Source of the DNA: a virus
Lineage: Duplodnaviria; Caudoviricetes
Reading direction: 5' to 3' (one strand)
Virus record (IMG/VR): IMGVR_UViG_3300029305_003178
Coordinates: 64,001-128,000 of that record
Length of the DNA: 64,000 nt
Position 1 is the stretch's first letter. Each line of letters opens with the position of its first letter. Positions 1-9,892 of the stretch are shown here, in pieces. A program made the position numbers and the translations under genes. Below the pieces are notes generated by a model. That model ran no database searches. It was not told the DNA's origin and was given only the letters and a program-made list of their open reading frames with translations.

Positions 1-2
1 GA

Positions 3-218
3 CTATTGACAGCAAATAAAAGAAGTTTTTATAATAAATTTGAGTATGGGTATGCAATAACAGTGCATGCCGCTCAAGGCTCGCAATATAATAATATACT
101 AATATTTGACGAAGTTCTTGGTGCAGAAAGTTTTCATAGAAAATGGTTATATACTGCAATAACGAGAGCTAGTGAAAAATTAACGCTGGTTGTACCAGAC
201 GAACTTAATTGGTGGTGA
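3..218 (+). CDS. SF1 (RecD/Dda-like) helicase, C-terminal end (partial, runs off the window)
   Basis: YGYAITVHAAQGSQY and WLYTAITRA match helicase motifs V/VI. Confidence 0.85.
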   Translation, partial: LLTANKRSFYNKFEYGYAITVHAAQGSQYNNILIFDEVLGAESFHRKWLYTAITRASEKLTLVVPDELNWW

Positions 219-225
219 TAAAATT

Positions 226-531
226 ATGAGTGCAAAAACATATAAAGTACTTCAGAGAAAATTAATAGAAACTGTATTAGAAGAAGCTGCGTGTCCTAAA
301 TGTGATAATGAAATGCTATATATTAAAGATTTATATTTCGATCCAGATAATTTAATTATTGCTGGCTATGAACATATATGTCCAGTTTGTGGACATGTTG
401 ATATATTACCATTACGATATCCTAGAAAATTTGAGAGATATTCTGCAAATGGTGAAATTGTTGAATATGCAGATTATGATGGATCCGATGTTGATGAGCG
501 AGGTGTTATTGTATGTACAAAGATACAATAA
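226..531 (+). CDS. Zn-ribbon hypothetical protein
   Basis: CPKC...CPVC; GGTGGTGA RBS before ATG at 226. Confidence 0.7.
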   Translation: MSAKTYKVLQRKLIETVLEEAACPKCDNEMLYIKDLYFDPDNLIIAGYEHICPVCGHVDILPLRYPRKFERYSANGEIVEYADYDGSDVDERGVIVCTKIQ

Positions 532-671
532 ACAAATTATTATCTGATACATTAGATGATGCTAAAGAATCATCTAAATTTAAACTTATGGATAATAAAG
601 AAAAAGCACAATATATTAAATCTAAATTTAATCTTACTCATGGGAAAGGTAAGAGAAAAAAGAAAGGATGA
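513..671 (+). CDS. Small basic hypothetical protein (52 aa, not in ORF track)
   Basis: GAGGTG RBS then MYKDTINKLL...KRKKKG stop. Confidence 0.5.
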   Translation: MYKDTINKLLSDTLDDAKESSKFKLMDNKEKAQYIKSKFNLTHGKGKRKKKG

Positions 672-677
672 TTATAA

Positions 678-965
678 ATGACAGGTGCTGAATTTAAAGC
701 AGTGATTAATAAATATGGTGAAGAAAATGTATTGAGTATTGGTTTCGACAACAGTGCATCATCTATGATGTTTAGAGATGAATCACCATTTTCATTTTCT
801 AATAACTATGTAGAAGAAATCGAATGTTTACAATTCTTCCAGTTTGATAGATCTGGTCTGCCTTATTTGGTAGTTAAACATGTTGAAAATGTACAATCTA
901 TTATTTTCAAATCCTCTAAAGAGCATACACTTAGTCAGTATGACAATTTCTCTATTAGAGGATAA
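678..965 (+). CDS. Hypothetical protein
   Basis: ORF with AAAGGA RBS. Confidence 0.7.
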   Translation: MTGAEFKAVINKYGEENVLSIGFDNSASSMMFRDESPFSFSNNYVEEIECLQFFQFDRSGLPYLVVKHVENVQSIIFKSSKEHTLSQYDNFSIRG

Positions 966-1070
966 TTTAAATCAATTTTCAATTATATATTATATGGGTA
1001 TCAACAAGAAATTAATGTTGGTAAAACAATTAATTTAATTTATTTTTAAAACACCATAGGAGGTAAGATC

Positions 1071-1607
1071 ATGGGTAAAAAAGACAAAAATAAAAACAAA
1101 GGTAAAGAGTACAATTCTGCAGAAATTATGGATTTCATTAGATCTAAGAATTGGGATATTGAAGATGTACAGACAGTTCTTGAAGAAATCGAAATGTCTA
1201 AGAAAATCTCTTGCTCTCACACAAACTCTGAGGGTAAAGTAAAAATTAAACCTATCGGTGACAGCGGTTACCTGTACAAATGTACAAAATGTGGCACTGT
1301 AATCGATCTGCGTCCTATTGATGAGCAGACAGCTAAAAAAGCAATGGAAACAGTCATCAATATGATCAACCAGGTTAAACTGTTTACAGCTGATCCTCAT
1401 GCTGATCAGAGACCTATTAAAGAACTGGGTCGTTGCATTCAGAATATCAGCAGAGCTAAGAAAGTTTATGAATCTATTGCTCCTGGTAAGAAACTTAAAA
1501 AGAATAAAAAGAAAAATAAACATAAAGGTTACAACAACGGTGGCTCTGATCTGCAGGGCGGTATGGGTATTCACTTCATGGATGCATCCAAAAAACATCG
1601 TAGATAA
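1071..1607 (+). CDS. Lys-rich Zn-binding hypothetical protein
   Basis: GGAGG RBS; CSH...CTKC; TATATATTAT motif upstream near 984. Confidence 0.75.
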   Translation: MGKKDKNKNKGKEYNSAEIMDFIRSKNWDIEDVQTVLEEIEMSKKISCSHTNSEGKVKIKPIGDSGYLYKCTKCGTVIDLRPIDEQTAKKAMETVINMINQVKLFTADPHADQRPIKELGRCIQNISRAKKVYESIAPGKKLKKNKKKNKHKGYNNGGSDLQGGMGIHFMDASKKHRR

Positions 1608-1617
1608 TCATTGATAG

Positions 1618-1810
1618 TAAACTTATAATACACATTATTTAAAAACAATGAATTTCGCTCAAAGTTTTTAAAGACTACCTTTATAAAAGTTCTCCCCTTA
1701 AGTTAAATGTGTCAGAATAGTTCTCCAAGAACATAAAGTATTATAAGTTTATTATATAGCATGGAAGTATATTCGACTGTCACTCGATATACTTCCATGT
1801 TTATTTTTTT
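1618..1810 (+). ncRNA. Candidate structured intergenic RNA followed by an intrinsic terminator
   Basis: 14-bp inverted repeat 1618-1631/1738-1751 enclosing inner stems; terminator hairpin 1760-1799 plus T-run. Confidence 0.35.
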
Positions 1811-1913
1811 ATTATATTTTTTATACGAGTATATACTGGGTATAAATATTATTTTAAAATTATTTTAACAATTATATGAAATATAATCTATAAAATGAAA
1901 GGATGTGAATACG

Positions 1914-4304
1914 ATGTCAAATAAATATAAAGATGACATCATAGAACATATCGAGAGTGATATAGAGAAGATACAAACTAAACCTAATATGTATATTTCA
2001 TATTTAGGTAGAAGAGGTGCATTGCATTTATGTAAAGAATTAATCAATAATGCAATTGACGAATGTACCAATCCAAATTCCCCCGGTAGGAACATAGACA
2101 TTTTATTAGATGAATGTGAAAATACAATTTATGTTGGTGATGATGGTAGAGGTATTCCATTTGAATCAATGCTTATCGTATGTACAACTTTACAATCTGG
2201 CTCTAAAATGTTTAGAGAAGTCGGTGGTGGTAGTGCAGGCGAAAACGGCGTTGGTTTGACAGCGTGTGCAGCATTAGCAGATTTATTTGAAATAATTTCA
2301 TTCAGAAATGGTGAAAAATCTAAAATTAGTTTAAGGCAAGGTGTACTAACAGAACCTCAGAAATATTCTAAGGTTACTAAAAAAGATAAACATGGTACTA
2401 CGTTTGTATTAAAGCCGAGTCCATTATATATGACAGAAGACTGCGAAATTGATTCTGAAGAATTAATGAATTGGTTAACTAAAATCGGTTATTTAATTCC
2501 AAATAATATTAAGATCAAATTATCAATTAAGAAAAAAGGTAAAGAGTCTTTAGTGTATAAAACATATACAAATAAAAATGGTCTTGCCGATTATATTGAT
2601 ACATTATGTAAGAAACAATTAGTATCTCCAATCCATGTTATGGAAACTACTAATTTAGTTGAAGAAATTCATGATAAATCTTTTGATAGATTTTTGGGAT
2701 TAGAATTTGCATTCACATATGATACTAATAATACCGAATTCATGTCAGATTCTTTCTGTAACTTTATTAATACAATTGACAATGGTGTCCATGTTGATGC
2801 GGTTAAACAAGCAATTATGCAGTATTTAGTAAAGAAGACTAAAGAAGGATTATCTGAAAGAGATGCTAATAAAATCGATATTTTATTTACAGACGCATCT
2901 AATGGTTTAGTATTGACAGTATATATCATGACTAACTATAATATTCAATTTACTGGTCAGACAAAGGAGAAAATCTCTGCAATGGGTATTTTTAAACCTA
3001 TTAGAGATATGACTTATAAAGCATTGATTGAATATTTTAATAATAATCCTAAAGAATTAAAGAAAATTACAGATAGAATTAAAGCTAACGCAAAAGCAAG
3101 AATTGAATCTACTAAAATCAGAAATTCTGTTATTAAAGGTGAAACTAATAACTTTAATGAATTTATGATGACAAACTTTGAACCCGCCAATAATCGTGGT
3201 AGAAATGAATATAAAGAATTATTTATCATTGAAGGTAAATCAGCAAAAGGTACTGCAAGTGCAGGCAGATTCGATCGTGATACACAAGCTATATTTAGTA
3301 TTAGAGGTGTTCCTCTTAATGCATGTGGATTGAAACTTGATAAAGTTTTAATGAATGATGAATTCAGAACCCTGATTCAAATTTTAGGTACAAATGTTGG
3401 TTCTAAGTTTGATATATCTAAAATGAAATATAATAAGATTATTCTACTTGCAGACTCGGATTCTGATGGATTCAATATCACATCTTTATTATGTGCTTTC
3501 TTTATGACACATTTACCTGAATTGGTTAAGAAAGGTTATGTGTATAAAGCAGTTTCTCCATTATATAAAATTAAGAGTAAATATAAAAAGTTTGTTCTTA
3601 ATAAACAAGAATACGTAGAGGTGTTCGAAAAGAATATTCGTAGTAATATGAGAATTTATGATTCTAAAACAGATGTAGTTTACACAGATAAACAGCTTCA
3701 GAAAATTTTATTAGATAATAGAACTTACCTAGAAGAACTATATAGAGTATCTACACATCTGTCTATCGATCCAACTATTGTGGAATTTTTAGCTATTCAT
3801 AGAAAAGATAAAGATTTCAATAAGAAATTTAAGAAGAAATTCCCTGAATTGACTATTGATGAAGATAAAATTTTATCTGGTATTTATGATGGTAAATTCC
3901 AAATTGTAACTATGGATAAGATATTTGATAAGAAAATTGCATCTATAGAATACTTAGTTCATGACGTTAACAAAGATAGTGTATACTTTAGAGTAACGGA
4001 ATTAAATAATAAAGAAGAGATTGATAAAGGCATAATGACTTTAGGTGATTTCTTAGCATTATCTCAAAAATATCAGCCAGTTATCGAAACTCGTTATAAA
4101 GGGGTTGGTGAGTTAAGAGCTGAAGAACTTAGAGATAATACATTAGACCCTAATAATAGAATATTAATTAGATTGACAATTGACGATATTGAAAAAGATC
4201 TTGAAACATTTAATATTCTTCATGGTTCTAATACGAATGCAAGAGATGAACGTAAGTTTATGATGCAGAACTTTAAAATCAATCGTGATGACTTAGATAA
4301 CTAA
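1914..4304 (+). CDS. gyrB: Type IIA topoisomerase subunit B (GyrB/ParE-like)
   Basis: ELINNAIDE, DDGRGIP, GENGVG (GHKL ATPase); IIEGKSA and DSDSDG (Toprim); RYKGVGE. Confidence 0.95.
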   Translation: MSNKYKDDIIEHIESDIEKIQTKPNMYISYLGRRGALHLCKELINNAIDECTNPNSPGRNIDILLDECENTIYVGDDGRGIPFESMLIVCTTLQSGSKMFREVGGGSAGENGVGLTACAALADLFEIISFRNGEKSKISLRQGVLTEPQKYSKVTKKDKHGTTFVLKPSPLYMTEDCEIDSEELMNWLTKIGYLIPNNIKIKLSIKKKGKESLVYKTYTNKNGLADYIDTLCKKQLVSPIHVMETTNLVEEIHDKSFDRFLGLEFAFTYDTNNTEFMSDSFCNFINTIDNGVHVDAVKQAIMQYLVKKTKEGLSERDANKIDILFTDASNGLVLTVYIMTNYNIQFTGQTKEKISAMGIFKPIRDMTYKALIEYFNNNPKELKKITDRIKANAKARIESTKIRNSVIKGETNNFNEFMMTNFEPANNRGRNEYKELFIIEGKSAKGTASAGRFDRDTQAIFSIRGVPLNACGLKLDKVLMNDEFRTLIQILGTNVGSKFDISKMKYNKIILLADSDSDGFNITSLLCAFFMTHLPELVKKGYVYKAVSPLYKIKSKYKKFVLNKQEYVEVFEKNIRSNMRIYDSKTDVVYTDKQLQKILLDNRTYLEELYRVSTHLSIDPTIVEFLAIHRKDKDFNKKFKKKFPELTIDEDKILSGIYDGKFQIVTMDKIFDKKIASIEYLVHDVNKDSVYFRVTELNNKEEIDKGIMTLGDFLALSQKYQPVIETRYKGVGELRAEELRDNTLDPNNRILIRLTIDDIEKDLETFNILHGSNTNARDERKFMMQNFKINRDDLDN

Positions 4305-4381
4305 GAATAAATATATATTATATATGAGATAGAATAAAATATTCTATCTCATATATTTTATTATAAAAGGAAGTGTAAACA

Positions 4382-5017
4382 ATGTCTAGAAAACTAAAAA
4401 TTACTAGAGATCCATTATATGAAGATGATTTCTTATATAAGAAATCTTATATAACATTTGAAGAAGGTGTTACTATACTTGTTGGTTGTAACGGATCAGG
4501 AAAATCAACTCTTTTAAAAGAGTTGGAAAGTAAATTTAAAAAAGATAATACTCCTTGTATTAGATATGATAATTTTACTCAGGGTGGTTCTCATAGTAGA
4601 AGTGAGCAAGCATTTTTTGAAAATTATTCATTTCTTGCAACTGCTATGTGTTCTTCCGAAGGTGAAGAGGTTATGCTCAATCTTAAACTTAAAGCTGCGG
4701 CTATCGGTAAATATGTCCATGACAATCCAGATATTAAAGAATTATGGATTCTCATGGATGCTATTGATGGCTTATCTATTGATGCTATTGATGATTTAAA
4801 AACATATCTTTTTAAAACTGTCTTAGAAGATGAAAGATTAAAAGATATTTCTAAATATATTATTGTATCCACTAATGTATATGAAATGGTTCGTGGTGAA
4901 AAATGCTTTGATGTTGTTGAAGGTAAGTATATTACTATCAATGATTACGAAGATTACAGAAAAGCTATTTTTAATAGTAGAAAATATAAGGATGAAAGAT
5001 ATTCTAAACAGAATTAG
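4382..5017 (+). CDS. ABC/AAA-type ATPase
   Basis: Walker A GCNGSGKST, SEGE signature-like motif, Walker B-like ILMDAID. Confidence 0.8.
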   Translation: MSRKLKITRDPLYEDDFLYKKSYITFEEGVTILVGCNGSGKSTLLKELESKFKKDNTPCIRYDNFTQGGSHSRSEQAFFENYSFLATAMCSSEGEEVMLNLKLKAAAIGKYVHDNPDIKELWILMDAIDGLSIDAIDDLKTYLFKTVLEDERLKDISKYIIVSTNVYEMVRGEKCFDVVEGKYITINDYEDYRKAIFNSRKYKDERYSKQN

Positions 5018-5060
5018 AATTAAAAATCACTAGAACCATTATATATACGAGGTGATTAAA

Positions 5061-7454
5061 ATGGCAAAAGAAATAAAAAAGAATAAAAAATTTGCTGATT
5101 ATAATAAAGGTATAGAAGAAACAAATATTAGTGAAGCATGTACTGAGTATATGAAGATATTCGGTGCTAATACAAATCTTATGAGACATCTTCCTGTAGT
5201 GATGGACGGACTTAAACCAGGGGCGAGACGCATATTATACACAATGTATAAATTAGGTTTAAGTTATAAATCACCATATATGAAATCCGCATCAATCGTT
5301 GGTAAAGTAATGGAATATCATCCACATGGTTCTACACCAATTTATGAAACTATGGTGAAATTGGCACAGCCTTGGAATAATATTCAACCAACAGTAGATG
5401 GTTCTGGTAACTTTGGTGACATTACAGGTAATGATGCTGCTAATGAAAGATACACTGAAGCGAGATTAACATATTATGCATATAAATGCTTTTTTGAAGA
5501 ATATAATGATAATATCGTAGATACAAAGCCAAATTATCTTAATAATAAAATCGAACCAGAATTTCTTCCTGCAAGATATCCAAATGTTTTAATTAACAAT
5601 GCCATTGGTATCGGATATGGTTTATCAACAAGTATTTGTAATTATAATCTTAAGGAAGTCTTAGAAGCAACAATTAAACTTATTAAAGATCCAGATTGTG
5701 ACGATATTGTTTTATATCCAGATTCTCCAACTGGTGCATATATTATCGATGAAGGGCAATTCCCTGAAATTTGTAAAACTGGTAAAGGTAGATTTAAAAT
5801 GAGAGGTGTTATTAAGATAGATGAAGAAAATAATGCTTTAGATATTTTATCTACACCGATTCAGACATATTGGGTAACAGTAAAATCTTCAGTAATTCAA
5901 TTACTTAATGAAGCTAAATTACTTAAAGTAATTGAAGATAAATCTGATTTGAATTATATGCATTATAAATTGTATCTGAAGAAAGAGGTTGATCCTATTG
6001 CAGCAATGCATATGATTTATTCTCAAACTCAGATGGAGAAAACAATGGCAGTAAACTTCAAATTGATTGAAGATTATGCAGATAATGATTATACATTAAA
6101 AACAATTCTTACAACTTGGCTTGATTTCAGAAGAGATACGAAGAGAAGAATTTATAACAGAAAGTTTGTTAAGCTTAAAGAAAGAGAACATATTCTGGAA
6201 ATTTTATTATTTATTCTTAATAAAGAAAATGGTGAAAAGACTCTTAAGATTATTAAAAAATCTCAGAATAAAAAAGAGATTATTAGTAAATTGATGAAAG
6301 AGTATAAAATCACATCTCTTCAAGCAGATATGATTGCTGAAATGAAGCTGTCTGCTTTCTCTAAAGACTCATATAAAGGATATATGGATGAAAAAGAAGA
6401 AATTGAGAAAGAAATTAAGAAATTAAATAAAATTATCCGTTCTCCTAAAATGATTGATAAAATTATTATCGAAGAGTTAGAAGAAGGTATTAAACTCTTT
6501 GGTAGTGAACGTAAAAGTCAGGTAATTACAGTAGATAATGAAGTAAAAATCAGAGATACTAATCATGTACTTGTATTTACCAATAATGGTTTTATTAAGA
6601 AACTTCCAGACAATATTGATCATGTAGGGTTCATTAATCCTGGTGATTATCCTATCGATAGTATTACAGCAAATAATACATCAGATATTTTCATCTTTGA
6701 TAAGAGTGGTAAGATCAATAAATTACCAGTTAGTAGTGTACAAGGATGCGCATTAACATCTGAAGGTGAATTACTGAGTAAATATTGTATGATTTCTGGT
6801 GGTATTGCTGCAATCAAAACAAGACCTACAAAAGATGTTATTGATGGTTTGGAAAAAACCAGTGGATTAAAAACATATTATGTTATGATAACATCAAATG
6901 GTATTGTAAAGAAAACATCTATTAATTCTTACACAAATATCAAAAATGAATTGTCTGCAATGATTCTTAAAGATGGTGATTCTTTAGTATGTGTGAAATC
7001 TTTATTAGGTGATAGAGATATTGTTATTTATACTAATACAGGTCATGGAATTAGAATGAATACATCTGCTATTAAAGAAACTAGTAGAATGACTATGGGA
7101 TTAAAATCTATCGAATTATCTGAAGATGAGTTTGTAGTTGGTATGGAGGTTATTAATGAGAATGATAAAGAGCTTCTTATTATAACTAAAAAAGGATGGG
7201 TAAAAAGATGTGAGCTTAAATCTTTTAAAACAATGGAAAGAAATTCTAAACCATTAAGAATCGTAACTCTTGATAACGATGATGATATTCTTTATGCTTA
7301 TCCTATTAGAGGAAACGAAGTATTCAATATCTATATGAAGAGTGGCATTACAACAATCAATATGGAAGACGTTCCTATATTACCTAGACTTAGTAAAGGT
7401 AAGAAACTTATTCCAGTAAAACGCGGAGATACTATTATTAGTATTAGTAAATAA
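5061..7454 (+). CDS. gyrA: Type IIA topoisomerase subunit A (GyrA/ParC-like) with beta-pinwheel CTD
   Basis: DGLKPGARRILY, YHPHG, GNFG, AANERYTEARL (catalytic Tyr); C-terminal TxxGxxK blade repeats. Confidence 0.95.
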   Translation: MAKEIKKNKKFADYNKGIEETNISEACTEYMKIFGANTNLMRHLPVVMDGLKPGARRILYTMYKLGLSYKSPYMKSASIVGKVMEYHPHGSTPIYETMVKLAQPWNNIQPTVDGSGNFGDITGNDAANERYTEARLTYYAYKCFFEEYNDNIVDTKPNYLNNKIEPEFLPARYPNVLINNAIGIGYGLSTSICNYNLKEVLEATIKLIKDPDCDDIVLYPDSPTGAYIIDEGQFPEICKTGKGRFKMRGVIKIDEENNALDILSTPIQTYWVTVKSSVIQLLNEAKLLKVIEDKSDLNYMHYKLYLKKEVDPIAAMHMIYSQTQMEKTMAVNFKLIEDYADNDYTLKTILTTWLDFRRDTKRRIYNRKFVKLKEREHILEILLFILNKENGEKTLKIIKKSQNKKEIISKLMKEYKITSLQADMIAEMKLSAFSKDSYKGYMDEKEEIEKEIKKLNKIIRSPKMIDKIIIEELEEGIKLFGSERKSQVITVDNEVKIRDTNHVLVFTNNGFIKKLPDNIDHVGFINPGDYPIDSITANNTSDIFIFDKSGKINKLPVSSVQGCALTSEGELLSKYCMISGGIAAIKTRPTKDVIDGLEKTSGLKTYYVMITSNGIVKKTSINSYTNIKNELSAMILKDGDSLVCVKSLLGDRDIVIYTNTGHGIRMNTSAIKETSRMTMGLKSIELSEDEFVVGMEVINENDKELLIITKKGWVKRCELKSFKTMERNSKPLRIVTLDNDDDILYAYPIRGNEVFNIYMKSGITTINMEDVPILPRLSKGKKLIPVKRGDTIISISK

Positions 7455-7517
7455 ATATATTAGGATAGGTTATTATACCTATCCTAATATTTTTTAAATA
7501 AGAGAGGAGAATTTATT

Positions 7518-8531
7518 ATGAAAAATGAACCTAGAACTGAAAGAGAATTAAAAACACTACTTATCACACACGATGATTTAGATGGCGTATCTTGTGGTAT
7601 TGTATTAGAATCTGCTAAAGGGATTTGGTTGGCGGAAACAAATTATCTTGATTATGATGATATCGATCAGTCTATTCGTAGTTTAATTGAAAGTGGACGT
7701 CATAAAGAATTTGATAGAATCTTTATGACCGATATCTCTTTTAAGAAAAATGATGAAATTATTAAACTTATTAATGATAATATCAAAGATAAGTTTATAC
7801 TATTAGATCATCATAAAACAGCAGAATGGCTCAATGAATATGAATGGGCTACGGTTAAAACAGAATTAAACGGTAGATTAACATGTGGTACTGAATTAGT
7901 ATTTCAGTATATGAAAGACACTAATCGTATTGATATGAGTAATAATATTAAATTCTTATTTGAGGAATTTGTAGAAATGGTTAGATTATATGACACATTT
8001 GATTTCAAACGTGTGATTGCAGATATGCCTGCAGATGTAACCGCTATTGATGAAGAAATGGCTGAGAAATTTAATAGAGCTGTCGCATCCGAAGAACTAA
8101 ATACATATATGCATTTTGTAGGGACATTCAATTTTAATGATGAAATGATCGATAATATTTATTGCCAGGACATGATCATTACTCCTGAAATGGAAGGTAT
8201 TATTTCTTGTCTTAATAAACAGAAAATGGAGTATATTAAAGAGAAAATTACAGAGTATGAATATACCAATGAATTATTTGAAGGTTATTGTGTTGCATTA
8301 GTATATGCGGAAAAACATGCATCTGAAATTGGTTATAAAATTAATACTACAGATAATAATATGGATTTTGTAGCTATTGTGGATCCTTCTAAAAATACAA
8401 TCTCTTTAAGATCTAGGGATGGTGGTGTAGACGTAGGTGAAGTTGCTAAGAAATATGGTGGCGGTGGTCATAAAAATGCTGCTGGTGTTAAGTACTCTGT
8501 AATGTATCCTAGATTTGTTTTTAATCCATAA
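7518..8531 (+). CDS. DHH/DHHA1 phosphoesterase (NrnB-like oligoribonuclease)
   Basis: THDDLDG, TD, LDHH, SLRS, GGGGHKNAAG. Confidence 0.9.
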   Translation: MKNEPRTERELKTLLITHDDLDGVSCGIVLESAKGIWLAETNYLDYDDIDQSIRSLIESGRHKEFDRIFMTDISFKKNDEIIKLINDNIKDKFILLDHHKTAEWLNEYEWATVKTELNGRLTCGTELVFQYMKDTNRIDMSNNIKFLFEEFVEMVRLYDTFDFKRVIADMPADVTAIDEEMAEKFNRAVASEELNTYMHFVGTFNFNDEMIDNIYCQDMIITPEMEGIISCLNKQKMEYIKEKITEYEYTNELFEGYCVALVYAEKHASEIGYKINTTDNNMDFVAIVDPSKNTISLRSRDGGVDVGEVAKKYGGGGHKNAAGVKYSVMYPRFVFNP

Positions 8532-8539
8532 TTTAAATT

Positions 8540-8578
8540 TAAGGAAGTATACTAAAAAGTATACTTCCTTATTTTTTT
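8540..8578. terminator. Intrinsic terminator between convergent genes
   Basis: TAAGGAAGTATACT/AGTATACTTCCTTA hairpin plus T-run. Confidence 0.75.
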
Positions 8579-9789
8579 TATTCCATATAGTCTAATTTAT
8601 CAAAAATCTCTCTAATATCAACTCTACCTTTAAATACTCTAATACTGATGTAATTAGTCATCCATGTGAATATTCTACTAATATTAGAATTTTTATTAAT
8701 ATTTAAATATTCATTATTAATAAAGTCTTCTAATACATCAATATCTTTTTGAATTTCTTTTTTAACTCTTGGATCTAAATTTGGATCATTGATTTCTTTT
8801 TTAAGTTTGTGCAACTGTGCTGCAATTCTTGCTGATGTATGTGGATGAGGGTCAAATGCACCAATAAGTATTCTAAATAATACTTTATTGAAATCATTAT
8901 ACCAGTTAAGTACAGGTATGCTGTTAATTAATTTATTCATACCCACACCTTCCATTTTTTCAAATTTATTTAATGCTGTAGATAAAGCTGGGCCATATCC
9001 ATACGCTGTAGCGAAACTATCGGAATATTTTTCATCGGTATAGCCGAAAATATTTCCGAAAGATATAAGACTTATTAACTGTTCAGGCTTCATCAGATAT
9101 TCTATTAAATTATTATAGTTAATTACTTGTAATGACTTAAAGAATATATCAATTTCTTGAATAATATCCATAGTAATAGTTAAAAACTTTTTAGCTCCCG
9201 GACTTTCATCAAACCCACGCTCAATAGATTTATTTATTTCACTATATAATACAGGAAATTTACATACATCTAATAACATTTGTACTAAATTTTTACTTAA
9301 GAAATTAAGCGGGGATGCATACATATTATGACCAACTTCATGTAAAATGATGGCAAGTAATTCTTCTGCATTTAACTCAGCATGTCTAATTAATCCGATA
9401 TCGACATTTACACCAAATATCATACCAGTACTGTCTACACGATTTTTACTAACTTTTGGTCTAAAGAAATTAAATGCCATAGGGAATGTAAATGCATTAT
9501 CTTGAATTCTGGCGAATACACCGAATGGTAATGCTGTATATAGACATAAATAAAATTTTTCTAATTTAAACATATCCGCGAAAAGTTTTTCAACTTTTTG
9601 TACATGTTGAGAATTAGATATATTTTTTAATTTATTATCATATTTAATTTTACCAGCTGATGTATATGTCCATTCATTAATCTGATTGATAATTATTTCT
9701 AATTCTTTTTCGATTTCTTTTAATTGTTTTGTTTTACCATAATAAGCTTCATTAACAAAGCTTAAATTACTATAATCTATAAGAAACAT
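8578..9789 (-). CDS. Zn metallopeptidase (HExxH), probably virion-associated
   Basis: AIILHEVGH, EKYSDSFA, DPHP; AACA-N6-TA upstream (9821-9832, minus); N-terminal VNE/A resembles a maturation site. Confidence 0.8.
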   Translation of the reverse strand: MFLIDYSNLSFVNEAYYGKTKQLKEIEKELEIIINQINEWTYTSAGKIKYDNKLKNISNSQHVQKVEKLFADMFKLEKFYLCLYTALPFGVFARIQDNAFTFPMAFNFFRPKVSKNRVDSTGMIFGVNVDIGLIRHAELNAEELLAIILHEVGHNMYASPLNFLSKNLVQMLLDVCKFPVLYSEINKSIERGFDESPGAKKFLTITMDIIQEIDIFFKSLQVINYNNLIEYLMKPEQLISLISFGNIFGYTDEKYSDSFATAYGYGPALSTALNKFEKMEGVGMNKLINSIPVLNWYNDFNKVLFRILIGAFDPHPHTSARIAAQLHKLKKEINDPNLDPRVKKEIQKDIDVLEDFINNEYLNINKNSNISRIFTWMTNYISIRVFKGRVDIREIFDKLDYME

Positions 9790-9892
9790 TATATCACCTC
9801 ATTATTAATTATTTCTATATTAGTAAAATGTTTTTTGTATACAAAAATGTATTAAAAACATTTAATTAACGAACTAGAAAGAGGTGAAATAT

